From Octopus bimaculoides (lineage: Eukaryota), in assembly GCF_001194135.2 (NCBI RefSeq), contig NC_068990.1:43552284-43616283 (forward strand): DNA of 64,000 bases. The letters run 5' to 3'. Of the stretch, positions 13,564 to 26,880 are shown piece after piece. The notes beneath the pieces are model-generated. The model saw only the letters and a list, made by a program, of their open reading frames with translations. It did not search any database and had not been told where the DNA came from. Numbering within the stretch: the stretch's first letter is position 1; each line of letters starts with the position of its first letter. The translations under genes were made by a program, and so were the position numbers.

Positions 13564-15876
13564 GAATTGAGACTTGTAATAGTATTTATGTGGTAAGTTA
13601 ACCAAGGTGAACTTCATATCCCATTAGGTTATAGCAGCAGCTGCAGCAGCACCACCACCACCACGACTCTTACAGCAGAGTTGAGTGTATTCTTTTGATA
13701 TTCACAGGAAAATCAAACCTTGGCACTGCAGCCCAATGAAGTGCTTGTTAGATATATAACTCCTGTTTCCTATAAATATAAAGTGATAAAAATAGTGTAT
13801 CTTTACAGCTCAACAAAGTGGGATTGGCATTATGCACTGGATAAGCCAGTCATTTGTCTGAAATCTGCTAAAATTGGAGGTGACATGAAATTTCTTTGTC
13901 CAGTTAAAAACACTAAATCTTAGTAATAAAGAAAGCAAAGGAGGATGTTCCCAGAACAAAGAGGAACAGAAGATATGAATGGGTGGAGGTAGGCTCAAGA
14001 AAATCATGTGGTGTTATGACCTACCACATTGATATAGTGGGAAATATTTCAAATTTGGCTGGTGACTTGAATGATCATAAAAAATAGATTTCTTGTTTTG
14101 AAACTGCATTTTCCAGTTAGTGTAATTTGGATAGGTAAATGTAGGGGAAAAAATTATGGAGAAGTAGAAGCTATCACTATAGGGTTTGAGATGCTAAATA
14201 CTCTGGTGGTAGTCTTGAGACAAAGCCATCTTAGTGGTCAATGAAGAAACGGACAATACATTGTCAATACTAAGATATAAAACAATGACCTATAAGGTCG
14301 GCATTCTGATACTATTGCCTAGCTCAGCTGTAACCCCTCAGTGTCAGTTGGACTCAAAATCAGGAAAACAGCACTAGTAGAAAATTTTCTTTTAAAAAAT
14401 ATGCTTAGCTGAGCATCATCACTTATAAAGAGAGATCCTTAATATTTAAATTTTGGATACAATTGTTCTTGAGAAAATAATCATATGACAAAAGATGTTC
14501 AGGCAGAAGCCAGTTTGGCTTCATGAATGTCTGGGGAGTCTTTGTCAAAAGAATCTTTTCTTTTCTTAAGATGGTCAGATGTGATTTGAGGAAAATTTGG
14601 CTGTTATTTCTAGACTGTTGACTGACAACATAGCAGTTGCCTTGTTGTTGACTCAAGGAAAGTAATGACTGTAAGGCAATAAACATAACAGACATCAGGA
14701 AGTTTTACTGCACTGTGTGTGTGTGTGTGTGTGTGTGTGTTTAATAACAATCTACAATATTTTCTCTTTACTGACTGGAAACACTTTTTTTTTTAATGTA
14801 ATATAATTTGTTCTTTCTACCTCATGGAATTGATCAATATCAGTGCTACTCTACATTTACTGGCAGCTGTCTACTAGTGTTTTCTTCTGATTTTGATTCT
14901 TTTTTCTTTTCCTTCTTTCTCATTTTGTTCTTTTTCTTCATCTATTGCTTGCTTCTTCTTCACAACCACCATGAGGATGTATATTAAATATATAGGAATT
15001 AGCATAAGCTATTCATGTGAAGGTCATAAATTCCAACTGTCCCTGCTGTTATGTTACAGCAGCAGTAAAGGAAGTCATATACCAGAGGGGACTTAACTAT
15101 GTTGTTTTGTTCTGTTTTGTTTTTTTTTGTTGTTGTTTTCTTGAGTTTTGGCAAAGGTATCTCCATGTAAAACAGGTCTTTAATAAACCTTGCATGTCTA
15201 ATAGAGCAACAGATAAATGTAGCATTTGGCATTGTAGAACCATAGTTGTTTCTCTCTCTCCCTGGCTAATTGATGCAAAGTCCTGGTGTGTATGCAGACA
15301 TTTGTTGAAAGTGAGATGGTCATGTGGTAGTTTAATAAAGAGTTTTATTTCAAAAACACTGTTAACATTTCAGTGGAATTTCTTATGGAAATTTTGGGGT
15401 TCCCCCACCCTCTTTCTTTGTTTATTGAAATGCAATGTTATTTAGTGTAGAAATAAAATGCAAATGTTGATCAGGTGACTTAAATCTGTATAATAGTGAA
15501 TCCAGTCCAAGAACGACATTTATTACTATAGAATTGTTAGTCTCGTTATTAATGATGTTCTTGCTTTCTTTTGTATTGGAGTGTAGAAAGTTGAATGAAA
15601 ATATTGATCTGGCTTTTCGCACCATGCTATAGGAATGTGTTGCTATCGCTTGCTCACTAGATATATTTAAAAATCTGTTCAATATGAGCTCCATTGTCTA
15701 TTTAGTGACACACTTATCAAATTAAAACAAATTTCTCATGCTCCAAACATTCTGTAGACATTCTGATATTTATTTTATTTCCGAAATAGCTTTTTCTTCT
15801 GAAACGGTGGTGGTGGGGTCTTTCTTGCTTGATTTTTTTTATTTTTCTTTATAAATTTGCTGTTTTCTGTCTTTAG

Positions 15877-15983
15877 TGTTCCAAGAAGTCGAGAAGAGGG
15901 CAGCCAGTGTTTCATAACTATAACTGCAGTGCCACCTCTCAATGCTTGCAAAGATTGTTATATTAGTGAATCCAATTCTTCCT
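15877..15983 (+). CDS. DCAF15: DCAF15 coding exon
   Basis: gtctttag|TGTT...TCCT|gtaagt; phase-compatible. Encodes SVPRSREEGSQCFITITAVPPLNACKDCYISESNSS (human YVSTVAVPPPGRCAACQD, CxxC retained). Confidence 0.92.
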
Positions 15984-17811
15984 GTAAGTATATTTTAATT
16001 TTTTGGAGGGGGCAGAGTAATAATAATTATCCTCATGATTGTCATCAAAAACACTTTTTTTTTCCAATTCTTACTTATGCAGTTTTTTCTTTTGTTATAA
16101 GCTTGTGTTATGTGATGTTTGCACACTCTTTGACATTAGCATATTTTATGATGGGCAGTTTTTTGGGGGGGTTTTCCGCCCTAATATTGTTTGCTCTTTC
16201 TGCCACTTTCAAATTACTTCTAATATGTAAGTGCTAAATATTACTAGTGTGGCAGACTGAGGCAACAAGAGTTATGTGGCTGCAAGAAAAGTCTGTAGTC
16301 CAATGTGTTATCTTTTCAACCACTAAGTCACTGATACCAGTTGTGAAAACTAATTATTATTGCACTGTTGATGAAAATGGTTCTTTATTTTAATTTTATT
16401 TTAATGCAAATCTTTATTTAAGCAGATAATGGAGAATAGTGTGTTAATCTTAAAATTCAAGATAAGCGTTATATAACATACATTTAATACAGCTAAGAGA
16501 TTGAGACTAATAAAAATAAAGTTATTTTCCATGTTTATTTTAAAGTCTATATTCTCATACAGCTGCTCTCAGTTCATCTAATTTACCATCTTTTGATTTT
16601 AGTTTCATTTTCTGTTAAAAGAAAACCCTACATCTACAAAAAAAATGTATGTGAATATCAGTGACAGGTATCACTTTTAGTGAAGTCAGTTGAAAGGGAA
16701 ATGGTCTTGGTCATGATGATATTTTAAAAGAACCTAAATGTATGATGACTTTTCTCTTGCTCTCCCTAAAGAATTTTCCCTGAAAGTAATTCATTAGACA
16801 TTGTCTTGCAGCTGCAAATATTTTATCTAATTTGTAGACATTAAATTATTTTGTAGAGGAAGGGCTGAGCTGATTGAATCAGTCTGCCATCATCACTGTC
16901 AATTTACTTAATTGACTCAATAGTTGATCTTGGTTGCATTTGGGACTCAGAACACATCAACAGACTGAACATTGTAATGGCAGCAGCAGTCTTCAATCTT
17001 AAAAATAGACCCTCAAATTCTTCCTTTCTACTTCCTATTCCTGTTGATGCTTGAGAGTCAATACATTGAAACTGACAAAATATCTCTGAAGAATTTTTCA
17101 CCTGTTACAATACACAACTTCATTTGTAACACACTACTGCCAGTAAACAACAGATAAATACCAGTGGCCATGCATGCATTCATACATACCTACATACATA
17201 CCAGTGACCATGAGGTCACTATTGGGCAGGCTTCATCTCTAAGCAGAGTAGAGTATGAGGAGGAAGATGGTTGTGATGATGATGACAGTGCTGTGTATAT
17301 ATAATTTATACACCTGTATAAAAATATAATAAATTTTATAATTATATAATTTGGAAAGACTTTATGTGAAACCTGATTGCATCATAAATATGAAACCTTT
17401 TTTTTATTATTATTGTTATTATTCTTGACTTTTTCTGTGGTTTTGAAATTGAGAGTTCTTCAAAAATAATTTTCAAACGTACATCAGTTTTGTGGTTACA
17501 ATTTATACACCCTATTATGACAGCTGACCAAAACAGAGGTATTAAACTTAAATCATGTCCTTAATATTGTATGTTCTGAGCAAGGACATTTAATTTTCAA
17601 TATACCCATTTCATCCAGCTGTCAATAATTAGAGGTACAGTTCACTACTTTAAGCAGCATTGGATTTTTTATGGGTGATTACAAATGCCTTCTAAACTTT
17701 GAAGAAAGTTGTGGTAAAGTCAGGTTTCAAAATGTGTGACCTCTCAGACAAAATAACAGAATAATACATATAGAAACATACCATACTGCATACCAGTCTG
17801 GCATTCATTGC

Positions 17812-18001
17812 TTAGCCCTTTAGCATTCAGATTTCTTATTTATTCACACTGTTTTGAATTGCTCACGATTGATCTTATAGCTTCACAATTTCAATGGTGT
17901 GTTTATATATTTTTAGTGTGGGGTAGGTATGAGAAGTTGGATCTGGACAGTTTTAACATAAAACAGGTAAAATGTTTGGGTTGGATCTGCTAAAGGGTTA
18001 A
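17812..18001 (-). mobile_element. TTAA-type (piggyBac-like) MITE
   Basis: TIRs ttagccctttagca / tgctaaagggttaa. Confidence 0.7.
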
Positions 18002-18316
18002 AGTCTTCTCGGTGTATCCTGCTTTGAATTCTTGTAGACTCCAGTTGTCTAGTGGATTGTAAACATTTACAAATCCTATCGGATGCTACATTATGAGAAC
18101 TTGTTTAATTATTGTGTTTTTTGTTTGTAGGAAAATGATAGCCATAGCAATACTAACTATATGGACCTTGTTTTTTCTTTTATCAATTTTCAGTGGATAT
18201 TATTTTAATTATGAACATGAATTCATTTTCTCCTCTAATGTGCCTTATTAAACATTATTCTGGACATATTTTTGTGAGTCTACCATTTCTTATCTCCAAA
18301 AAACTTTCATAACATT

Positions 18317-18321
<5 letters not shown>

Positions 18322-18356
<35 letters not shown>
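18322..18356. repeat. (TA)n microsatellite (representative of many)
   Basis: Other simple repeats at about 542-576, 3002-3050, 9524-9578, 12622-12643, 14714-14740, 23865-23927, 33966-34002, 40493-40520, 53722-53778, 58195-58260 (GAT-like), 60679-60710. Confidence 0.95.
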
Positions 18357-18363
<7 letters not shown>

Positions 18364-18673
18364 AATATTCACAATTTAAACAGGCCTCAATGTTATAGAA
18401 GAAAGAAAATTGAAATGACAAATACTTTTGTCTCACCTTCCTCCTTTTTGTGCATTATGCCAAATTTGATAACCCATATTGAAGTGCAGGTGTGTACTCG
18501 TACATAAACAGTGAATAATTTGTCATTGGAATAATGAAAACTAATGTCAATTCTTTGCAGGTTTGCAATCTAGAAGCATGAAAGCCTGAACTAAATGTTG
18601 TAAATGGGAAATTATTTCAGTTAGGAAGTTACATGTCTTGGTTTTATTAACTTGTATCCATTTTGTCTTTCAG

Positions 18674-20134
18674 GTACAAAACGCAAAAAGAAAGTTATGT
18701 GTGTTAAACACAGTTTTTGTATCTACAGCAAGTATGAACTGGCTCCACCATTTCCAGCATTTATTCCACAAATCCAGCTCAAAATGGACGGAATGGTGGT
18801 TCTTAACACAGGTGACTCTTTGGTTGCTCTCGACTTCCGTATCAACCAACCTGTAACACAGTGTAACAAGGCAAGCAACTCTGTGGATGAATGTAAAAGA
18901 CTATTCAGCTGTGGCAGCACCAACCCTGCCTCAGCTAACTCAGGGGTTGATGGTAGTGGTAGCCGAGCTGAAGCTTACCACCACCTCATTAATGGATACT
19001 ATGACTTCAGGGGATCCCCAACAGGCTCATCCGATTCGGCTGCCGAGTCAGATGAAGATTGCTGGGGTAAGAACAATCCGAAAGGATTGCAACCAAACAA
19101 ACCATCGAGCACTAGTGTATCAATAACAGGCGTTTCCAATAGTTTGAACACTAATAATACTGCAGCCACTAACAACATGACATCAACCAGCTGCACAAAT
19201 ACAACCAACACCACAACAGCCAGCAATGTAACAAAGTGCTGCCAAAGAACTCGACTTCACTCAGTCAATCCATCCAACGCTGACGCTGTGGAGCAATATA
19301 CTTGCTGCTCAGCATGCTGCGGTGAGTCCACTACCAACACCTGCTGCCGACACAGTAAGACCTCTGGCTACTGTTGGAACTGCAACTGTGAAAACTCTTG
19401 TCCTCCATCTCTGAATAACAGTAGTGGGGGTGGCGATGATTCTACTAACCGATGCATGAAGCAATCCTGCTGCACTGTCTGTGATAGAACTCTTACTTCT
19501 ACCTCCTCTTGTCATCACCATCACCACCACCACCACCACCACCATCTCCACAACAGCCACCTCCACCACAACCACCATCATCTTGCTACAAACTTCTCTT
19601 CTCCTCCTCCACCTCCCCCTACTTCTAGCTGCTGTGATCTTCATACCAGACTGAGTGATAGCAATAGTAAATGGTGCCGCATGGTGAAGCAGCGCAACAG
19701 CTGCTCTAGTTGTTGCGTCATTGTGGACACAGCAAAGTCAGATGCAACATCGCCACCACCAGCACCGCCCCCTACAGTTTTTCAGCGTAGTTCCAAACTG
19801 AATGTACTGGAGGAGTGTCGGTGTTCAAAGAAGAATGGCACTGCTTCTAGTGTGGTCAGTCACCACTCTAAGTGCTATTGCAATGCTACCAGTGACTCTG
19901 ATACAAAAGAAAATATTGTGGAATCTACCAGTCAACCTTTATCTCCATCAAATAACATATCCCAGCAGCCCTTCTTTTCTCCCAATAGTAACAGTGGCAG
20001 TAGTGCCACGCAAAACAGCAACGAAAACCTCCCAGTCTATTTACACATCAATGAATCTCGGTCAATGTCTTTCTCCATGAGGAAATTTACATATCTTGAA
20101 GACAGCAGCAGGGAAAACATTTTACTAAATGAAG
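18674..20134 (+). CDS. DCAF15: DCAF15 large coding exon (1461 bp) with low-complexity insertion
   Basis: ctttcag|GTACA...GAAG|gtaagt within the 503-aa ORF. CVKHSFCIYSKYELAPPFPAFIPQIQLKMDGMVVLNTGDSLVA matches human [43 protein letters not shown]. Confidence 0.95.
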
Positions 20135-21200
20135 GTAAGTGTCCACAATATTTCTCCTGTTAAACTTGTACACTATTGACAAGGAGCAAGTTTCCTCTTT
20201 AAATCAATGAAGTCTTTCTTTGCTTGAAGTGTTTGAGCTGTAGTCTTGGACAAGCACAATGGTTCTGAAATGAAGATAATGGGCCACTGACCATTAACTC
20301 TACCTGTTTCATGTCTGCACACTTGACAACAGATTCCATTTCCTCCTTTCTGATTGTGTAGTTAACAGCATTATGCTGATATTTAAATTTGTTTATAACC
20401 AGCCTTCATTAGTATAGTGGTGTCACATCAGGGACCTATCTGTTGAACCAGAAACCAAATATGTGGTGTTGCATAAAATTCTATGTTAAAATCTTCCTCC
20501 ACTTAGTTTGACTTTGTTGTTATTTTTTCTGGATCAGTAAACTAGCTACCAGTCAAGTATTGGGGAGTGCATTAATGTAATCAGTTACATGTAATCTCTG
20601 AAGGTGGTACCCCCAGCTGTGTTGTCACATCCTGTTGTGAAGAATACAGCATAAAATGATTGGATGCTTTAAAACAGGCAGTAGATTTGTATAATTTGTT
20701 AATTAGATTTAGAAGTCAACACTCAAAGAACATATTTCAGTTTTTTTTGTTTTTGTTTTTTTCATTTTTAAATAAGACCCGTCTTCCACAGCAGAATTGA
20801 CACCAGTGCTGGTGCCACATAAAATGCACTCATTCTGGTGCCATGTTAAAAGCACTGGTGCTAGTGTCACATAAAGAGCACTCAGTACACTCTGTGGGGT
20901 GTTTGACATCAGGAAGGGCTTCCAGCTGTAGAAACCATACAAGAACAGACAAGGGAGCTTGGTACGGCTCCTGGCCTTACCAGGTCTGTTCAAACCATCC
21001 AGCTCAGATCAGCATGAAAAACAGACATTAAATGATGATGATGACTATTTACTGAATCTGAGTGTGCCAGTGAAAAGTAGTTGGTTGCAATTGCTTCAAA
21101 ATTCTAATATTTTTACATACCTTGCGTTGCCCCGTCAATTTCTTTTTACCTACCACTAACAGTAGGCATACTGTAGTCTGAAAATAGCAGGAATAGTATA

Positions 21201-21562
21201 GGCATGGCTGTGTGGTAAGAAGCTTGCTTCCACATGATTCTGGGTTCAGTCTCACTGCATGGCACCTTGGGCAAGTGTCTTCTGTAGCTTCAGGCTAACC
21301 AAATCCTTGAGTGGATTTGGTAGACAGAAACTGAAAGAAACCCGTCATGTATATATCTGCGTGTGTCTGTTTGTCCCTCAATCACTGCCGGTATTGGTGT
21401 GTATACGTCCCTGTAACTTAGTGGCTCAGCAAAAGATACCAATAGAATAAATACCAGGCTAATACCAAGAAATAAGTACTGGGGACAATTAATTCAACTA
21501 AAAATTCTTCAAGGCAGTGCTCCAGTGTGGCCACAGTTGAATGATTGAAATGAGTAAAAGAG
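21201..21562 (+). mobile_element. tRNA-derived SINE family A, near full length
   Basis: ggcatggctgtgtggtaagaagcttgcttcc...ggcaccttgggcaagtgtcttc...gagtggatttggtagac...ccagtgtggccacagt. Other copies at about 3703-3835(-), 4030-4150(-), 7274-7410(+), 8118-8265(+), 9620-9720(-), 12100-12245(-), 33590-33960(+), 40906-41215(+), 50150-50250(-), 51830-52160(-), 53653-53812(-). Confidence 0.85.
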
Positions 21563-23869
21563 TATGCTATCTCTAGCATTGTTGATTTCTTTGCATGCCA
21601 CTATATGTTGTCTGTCTTAAAATTACATACTATTTGTTCTATTAGACATTATGCTAGTTTCCCACAACATTGATAATTTCATTTTTATTTTTTTATTTTT
21701 TCTCTTCTGAACACAGTACATATCATTATCATTGTTTAAGGGTATATTTGTGAAGGCAGCAAGCTGGACAAAATGCTCAGTGGTATTTCATCTGTCTTTA
21801 CATTCTGAGTTCAAATTCCGCCAAGGTCGATAAATTAAGTACCAGTTACATACTGGTGTTCGCTCTAATTGACTGCCCCCCCCCTCCCTCATAATTTTGG
21901 GCCTTGTGCCTAGAAAAGTATATTTATACATGTGAATGATCAGGGATAACATCAGGCAGAGCGGTCAGTTTAGTCTTTAGTATCAGTGGCAAAATAAATG
22001 TACCTAGTTTATTGATGACGGAATGACTGTTTTTCTTTATTGCTGTGTGCTAGTCAACATGAGTTTGTGATAGTTTAGTGAGGTGGTATGAGACCCATCC
22101 AACTTATGCCAGTGTGGATGGATAAAATGTATGAATGATGATGGGTGAGATGTCAGTTTTATATAAAGATATATATATAAACATATACATGTTCTGGTAA
22201 AACAAATTTTTAAAAAAATGTATCTGCTTCATATAAATAAATAAACCTGTGCAGTACTTTTACTTCCATTTGTACATCTAAACATGTGTCTATATACATG
22301 TGTGTGTGTAGTCATATATGACTAGACTCTAAATATGCTGAAACTGGATTTTGGTATTCATGGCTGACAAGAGGTGTTCTGTGTAGTTTGCCAACTTCCT
22401 TTCAATCATTTCCATGTTCCATTTCGATTTTCACTGTGTGTGTGTAGATATTGTAAATGAGTTATAAACTAGATCTGTTTTTAAAGGAAACCATACAAAA
22501 ATGAAAACACCAGCTGGCATTAAATTAATACAACTTTAATAATAAATGAACATTTATATGGTAGAAATTTAAGCATGCTTTAAACTTCTTGAGAGCTTAA
22601 ATGGTTGTTGAGAGAGAAGGGCACTAAGCACCCAGCAAGTGCTGTATTGTATCCATAGGGAGACTTTAAGCATTCAAATAATCTAAATCTTGACACCTTA
22701 AAGTCAGTGCTTCTTCATTAAAAAATGCCTACACTGTCTCTTGTTGATGCTTCCTTTAGGAACAGCATAAGCCCACCACTGCCTTTAGTTGATATTTTCT
22801 TTGGTTATAGTATAACCCCACTAAATCTCACAGAATCCATATTATCATTATGATCATATCGTTTTATGCTCACTTCCCATCGTAGCATGAGTCACCATGA
22901 TCAAATTAGCACATATTTGAGAATTGGAGGATTACATTCCACTCAAGAGTTTCATTTTTGGTTGGATGCCCTTTCTAATATCAATCACTTTACAGAGTGC
23001 ACTTGGTGCTTTTTTACATGGTACCAGCAGTTGAGAGGTTGTCATATTCTAGACAAAACTAAAGCATCCTCTCAACGCTTACAGTGTACTAGGTATGGTT
23101 TCTCTTGGCATCAGCACTAGAATGGTAGTCATCTATATGACAGACAGGTAGCTATGTCCATTACTTCCCATGCTGTAATTTTTACATCGACATAACCTAA
23201 CATCATTAGCTTCACAATTTGCAAAAAGGTTAAAATAGTTCAAGCACAAAATTTGTTACTAATACATAGCAACCACCTATTATATTTGTTTGTATTCTAA
23301 CTGATCAAAGCCCTCAGTAATTATATTCTAATTGTAATTTAATATTGTTTTTCAAATTATATTGTAATACCTCCATGAAATAATGATAATTAATAGCTAG
23401 TAGTTTATTACGTTTGGCAGCATTCATTGCAGAATTTGTCAATATAGTGTTGAGGCGTAAATTTGTTCTCAAATCTCTCCAAGAAAATGTAATTTCCAAA
23501 TATGAGAGACCTGTAGCAATATATCATTAATCTAGTCACTTCGAAATCAATAAGTTGTATTAAGATTTATTACTATCACTCTGTAATAGAATGTACAAAG
23601 GCATCATTATTATCTTGATGTTGTATTTGATTGTGGTGTGTTTTCACCTGTTTCCTAGGCCTCAATATAATATGTTGGAAATATGTATTTTGATAATCAA
23701 CTTCAATTTATATTATTATTATTATTTTTAATTATGAATTAACTGCTGAGATTTGTAACATAAAATCGTGTTAAGGCATTTGATATTATACCTGCAAGTG
23801 ATAGAAACTTGGTTCAATGTTTCTCAATAGACTGGTTTTTCTTCCCTAACTAATTTACTCTGATCTCTA

Positions 23870-23928
<59 letters not shown>

Positions 23929-25893
23929 TGTACATGCAATTTGAGAATGTATTGCTGTTTAGCCTATGTTGACTGACTTAGCATTCATCATGACAATCCT
24001 ATCTTTTGCTTGGCTACTGTGTACCTTGGAGTAAATAAGTCAACTTGTCATCCCCGTCCATCATCCTTTTGAAATCAACTTGTCCTAATTTGAAGATTTG
24101 GTTGGTATTTCTAGCAGATTAAATCACATAGAGACTACTTTATTGGCTCTTTTGGAAATATATATTTTAATGCAGTCCATTTATTTAGATTCAGAATAAT
24201 TTTAGTATTTTGTTTACTTTTTTATTATCAGTGTTACCATTATTGCAAACAGAGCAGCAGCTACATTAACATGATGCTTCCTAACCTCATTACTTTGTTT
24301 CTAAATTTTCTTTGGTCTACTTCTACCATCCATGGTAACCTCAGTCAGTGTGTTGACTTGGGAATAAACATTAGCAATGACAATCTTATACACTTCTTCT
24401 TTACCAAGCATGTATTATTCATTCACATTACAAGTCAAAAGCAGTACTATCATCTTTTCTGCACGAGTTAACAATGTTTTCTAATGCTGTTTTCTAAGTT
24501 TTTATCAATTCTACCCCAGGTTTTTACAGCAGTCAACTTTTTTTGTGTTAATGTCTTTATTCTAAATTTGTTCGTACATGCAATCTTTTTGGGGTTTTTT
24601 TTTTTGTCTGTCTGTTTATCCATTGGCTATATTAATGACATAATGTTGATGGGGTAGGGTGAACCACATTATCAAAAAGCTACATTTGAACAGACAAGCA
24701 ATATAAGCCTCTCTTTTAAGTTTTTCAACCTCCTCTTGATTGAACTGATGCTGCAACCATTTTTTTTTAGAAGTAGATTTATAAAATTATTACACCCCCT
24801 TATTAACAATGAACTATCACTTTTATATTTCTCTTTTTTTTTTTTCTCTCTCTCTCAAAATGTATTTAATGTTTAACTGAAGAGAAGAAAAGTACAACCA
24901 TTTGAACATAAATCACAAGTAGACAGAATGTATTTCTGTCTGAGAGTCCGTTGGTCATGTGGCAATTTTCTGTTTGGTCACATGGTATCTGTTCTTTTTC
25001 CTTAGTCACATGATGCACTGTAGATGTTATCAACTCCCCTCCTTCCTTTTAACTCCACTTTTCACTTCTAGCTACCTCGCTCCTTTTGTCTGTCTTCTCG
25101 CCTTCCCTCTGTAATAGTTTTTGAAGACTCACTCACACACGTACCACATAATGTCTATTTTAAAAAATCTTTCATCAGCATTACACACCTGCACTGCAGT
25201 TAACTTTGCATAAATTATCCGGTGACCTTCTCTAAATATGCTTCTGAAACACCACAATCAGTTGATGGGTTTTTTTACACTACTCTTTGCCAAGATAAGA
25301 AGACGGTAAAAATGCTTATATTTTACTCATGTTAACATATCTATGCATTGTTTAAAGAAAATATTTGCCTGGGTCATGATAGAAAAACCATTTGAGGTGT
25401 GATATGCTCTTTGAAACTATTTCATCCTTTTCATTGACACTATTTATTTTCTACAGTATTTTGTGCAGTATATCCCTGTGTGTTATTGACATAGATGAAT
25501 TACTATTACCATAAAATGTTGACAATTTTAAATTAATCTACTCTAAACAGCAAGGAAATTGGCAGCCTGGTCATGTTCTGTAACGAATACAAACATGATT
25601 ATTTGATAGTTCAGCTACTTAAATAGTGTTAACTATAATCAGTGGTCTTTTATAACTGGCCAGACTGAAATTTTACCTGTAGAAATATTGTTGTTAAAAT
25701 TATATTATCTCCATGAAGTACCTATTCACCAGAACTTTCTAAAATATATTAAGATGTAAATACGTTCTTTATAAATTGCAGAAAGAAAATGAAGTTTGTT
25801 TTTGTTTAGGTCAGTTTTGGCCAAAGATATTCCTGCTTGTCCAGCTTATCTTTTTACTGCTTTGTAGGACTACATTATCCAACGAGTTCTTAT

Positions 25894-26035
25894 TTAACCC
25901 TTTTGGCATTCAGATTGCTTTGTCAAATGTAATGCTTATTTATTCACATTGTTTTCAATTAATTATGTATAATCTTGTAGCATTGATGATGTGATTCTTC
26001 ATTTTTAGAATGACATTGTAGGGTTAAAAGGTTAA
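25894..26035 (-). mobile_element. TTAA-type (piggyBac-like) MITE
   Basis: ttaacccttttggcattcagatt...taaaaggttaa. Confidence 0.65.
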
Positions 26036-26719
26036 GCTCGTCAGGCGCAATTTCAGGGAGACTTGTTTATTAATTCCATGTAAGAGATTGAGTAGTATGG
26101 AAGCAACAAGCTGTCAGAGACTGGCCAATATATGGAGGAGAAATATGAAAGATGGCTTCTTTCTTCAACATAAAATGCTTATTGAATCAGTTTTTATCTT
26201 CACCATCATTTTATCTCTGTCCTCTTCAGGTCAGTGCTGGCATCAGTTTATTCAAGCTGCAGTACAGCTACTGTCTTTCTATCTTGATTCTATGACATCT
26301 CATCTGTGAGACCGAGATTGTCAAGTGTGACCTAGTCTTCAAATTCTAAGTAACTGTCACAGCATTTATTCATCTAAGATGTATCATCTTTTGATATTAT
26401 GTATCAAAATCAATGTTGTACTCTCTCTTGGATATTACCTCTGCTATCTTGTCATGTCTTCAGCATACTTGCATACATCTTCTAACCGAACACTGTTACA
26501 AGCAACAAACTACACACAACTTAATACTTTTGTAGTTGTCTTTTTTTTTTTGTAATCATTTCTTATATTCTACTGGCGTACAGTATATTTCTTACATGTG
26601 ACATGTATAATCTGCCATTCTTTCCTGTAAAGGAACCATTTATTCCTAGCATAAGTAACATTTTCCAAAAATTTTTTTAAATCTTCCATTAAATTGTTAG
26701 CTTCTATTTTTATCACTAC

Positions 26720-26880
26720 TTAACACTTTAGTGTTTAAACCGGCCATATCTGGCCCAAATATTGTACTTGTTTTATGTTTAAACTGACCAGATCTGGCAT
26801 CTCACACCTATCTAACAATGTTATTCTGAGAATAAACAAGCATTACATTTGGCAGAAAAATCTGAATGCTAGAGGGTTAA
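26720..26880 (+). mobile_element. TTAA-type (piggyBac-like) MITE
   Basis: ttaacactttagtgttt...aatgctagagggttaa. Confidence 0.7.

Noticed and set aside
18723-20080. Antisense and alternative-frame ORFs over the large DCAF15 exon
   Set aside because: Expected shadows of a GC-richer, trinucleotide-repetitive coding exon; no independent signals.
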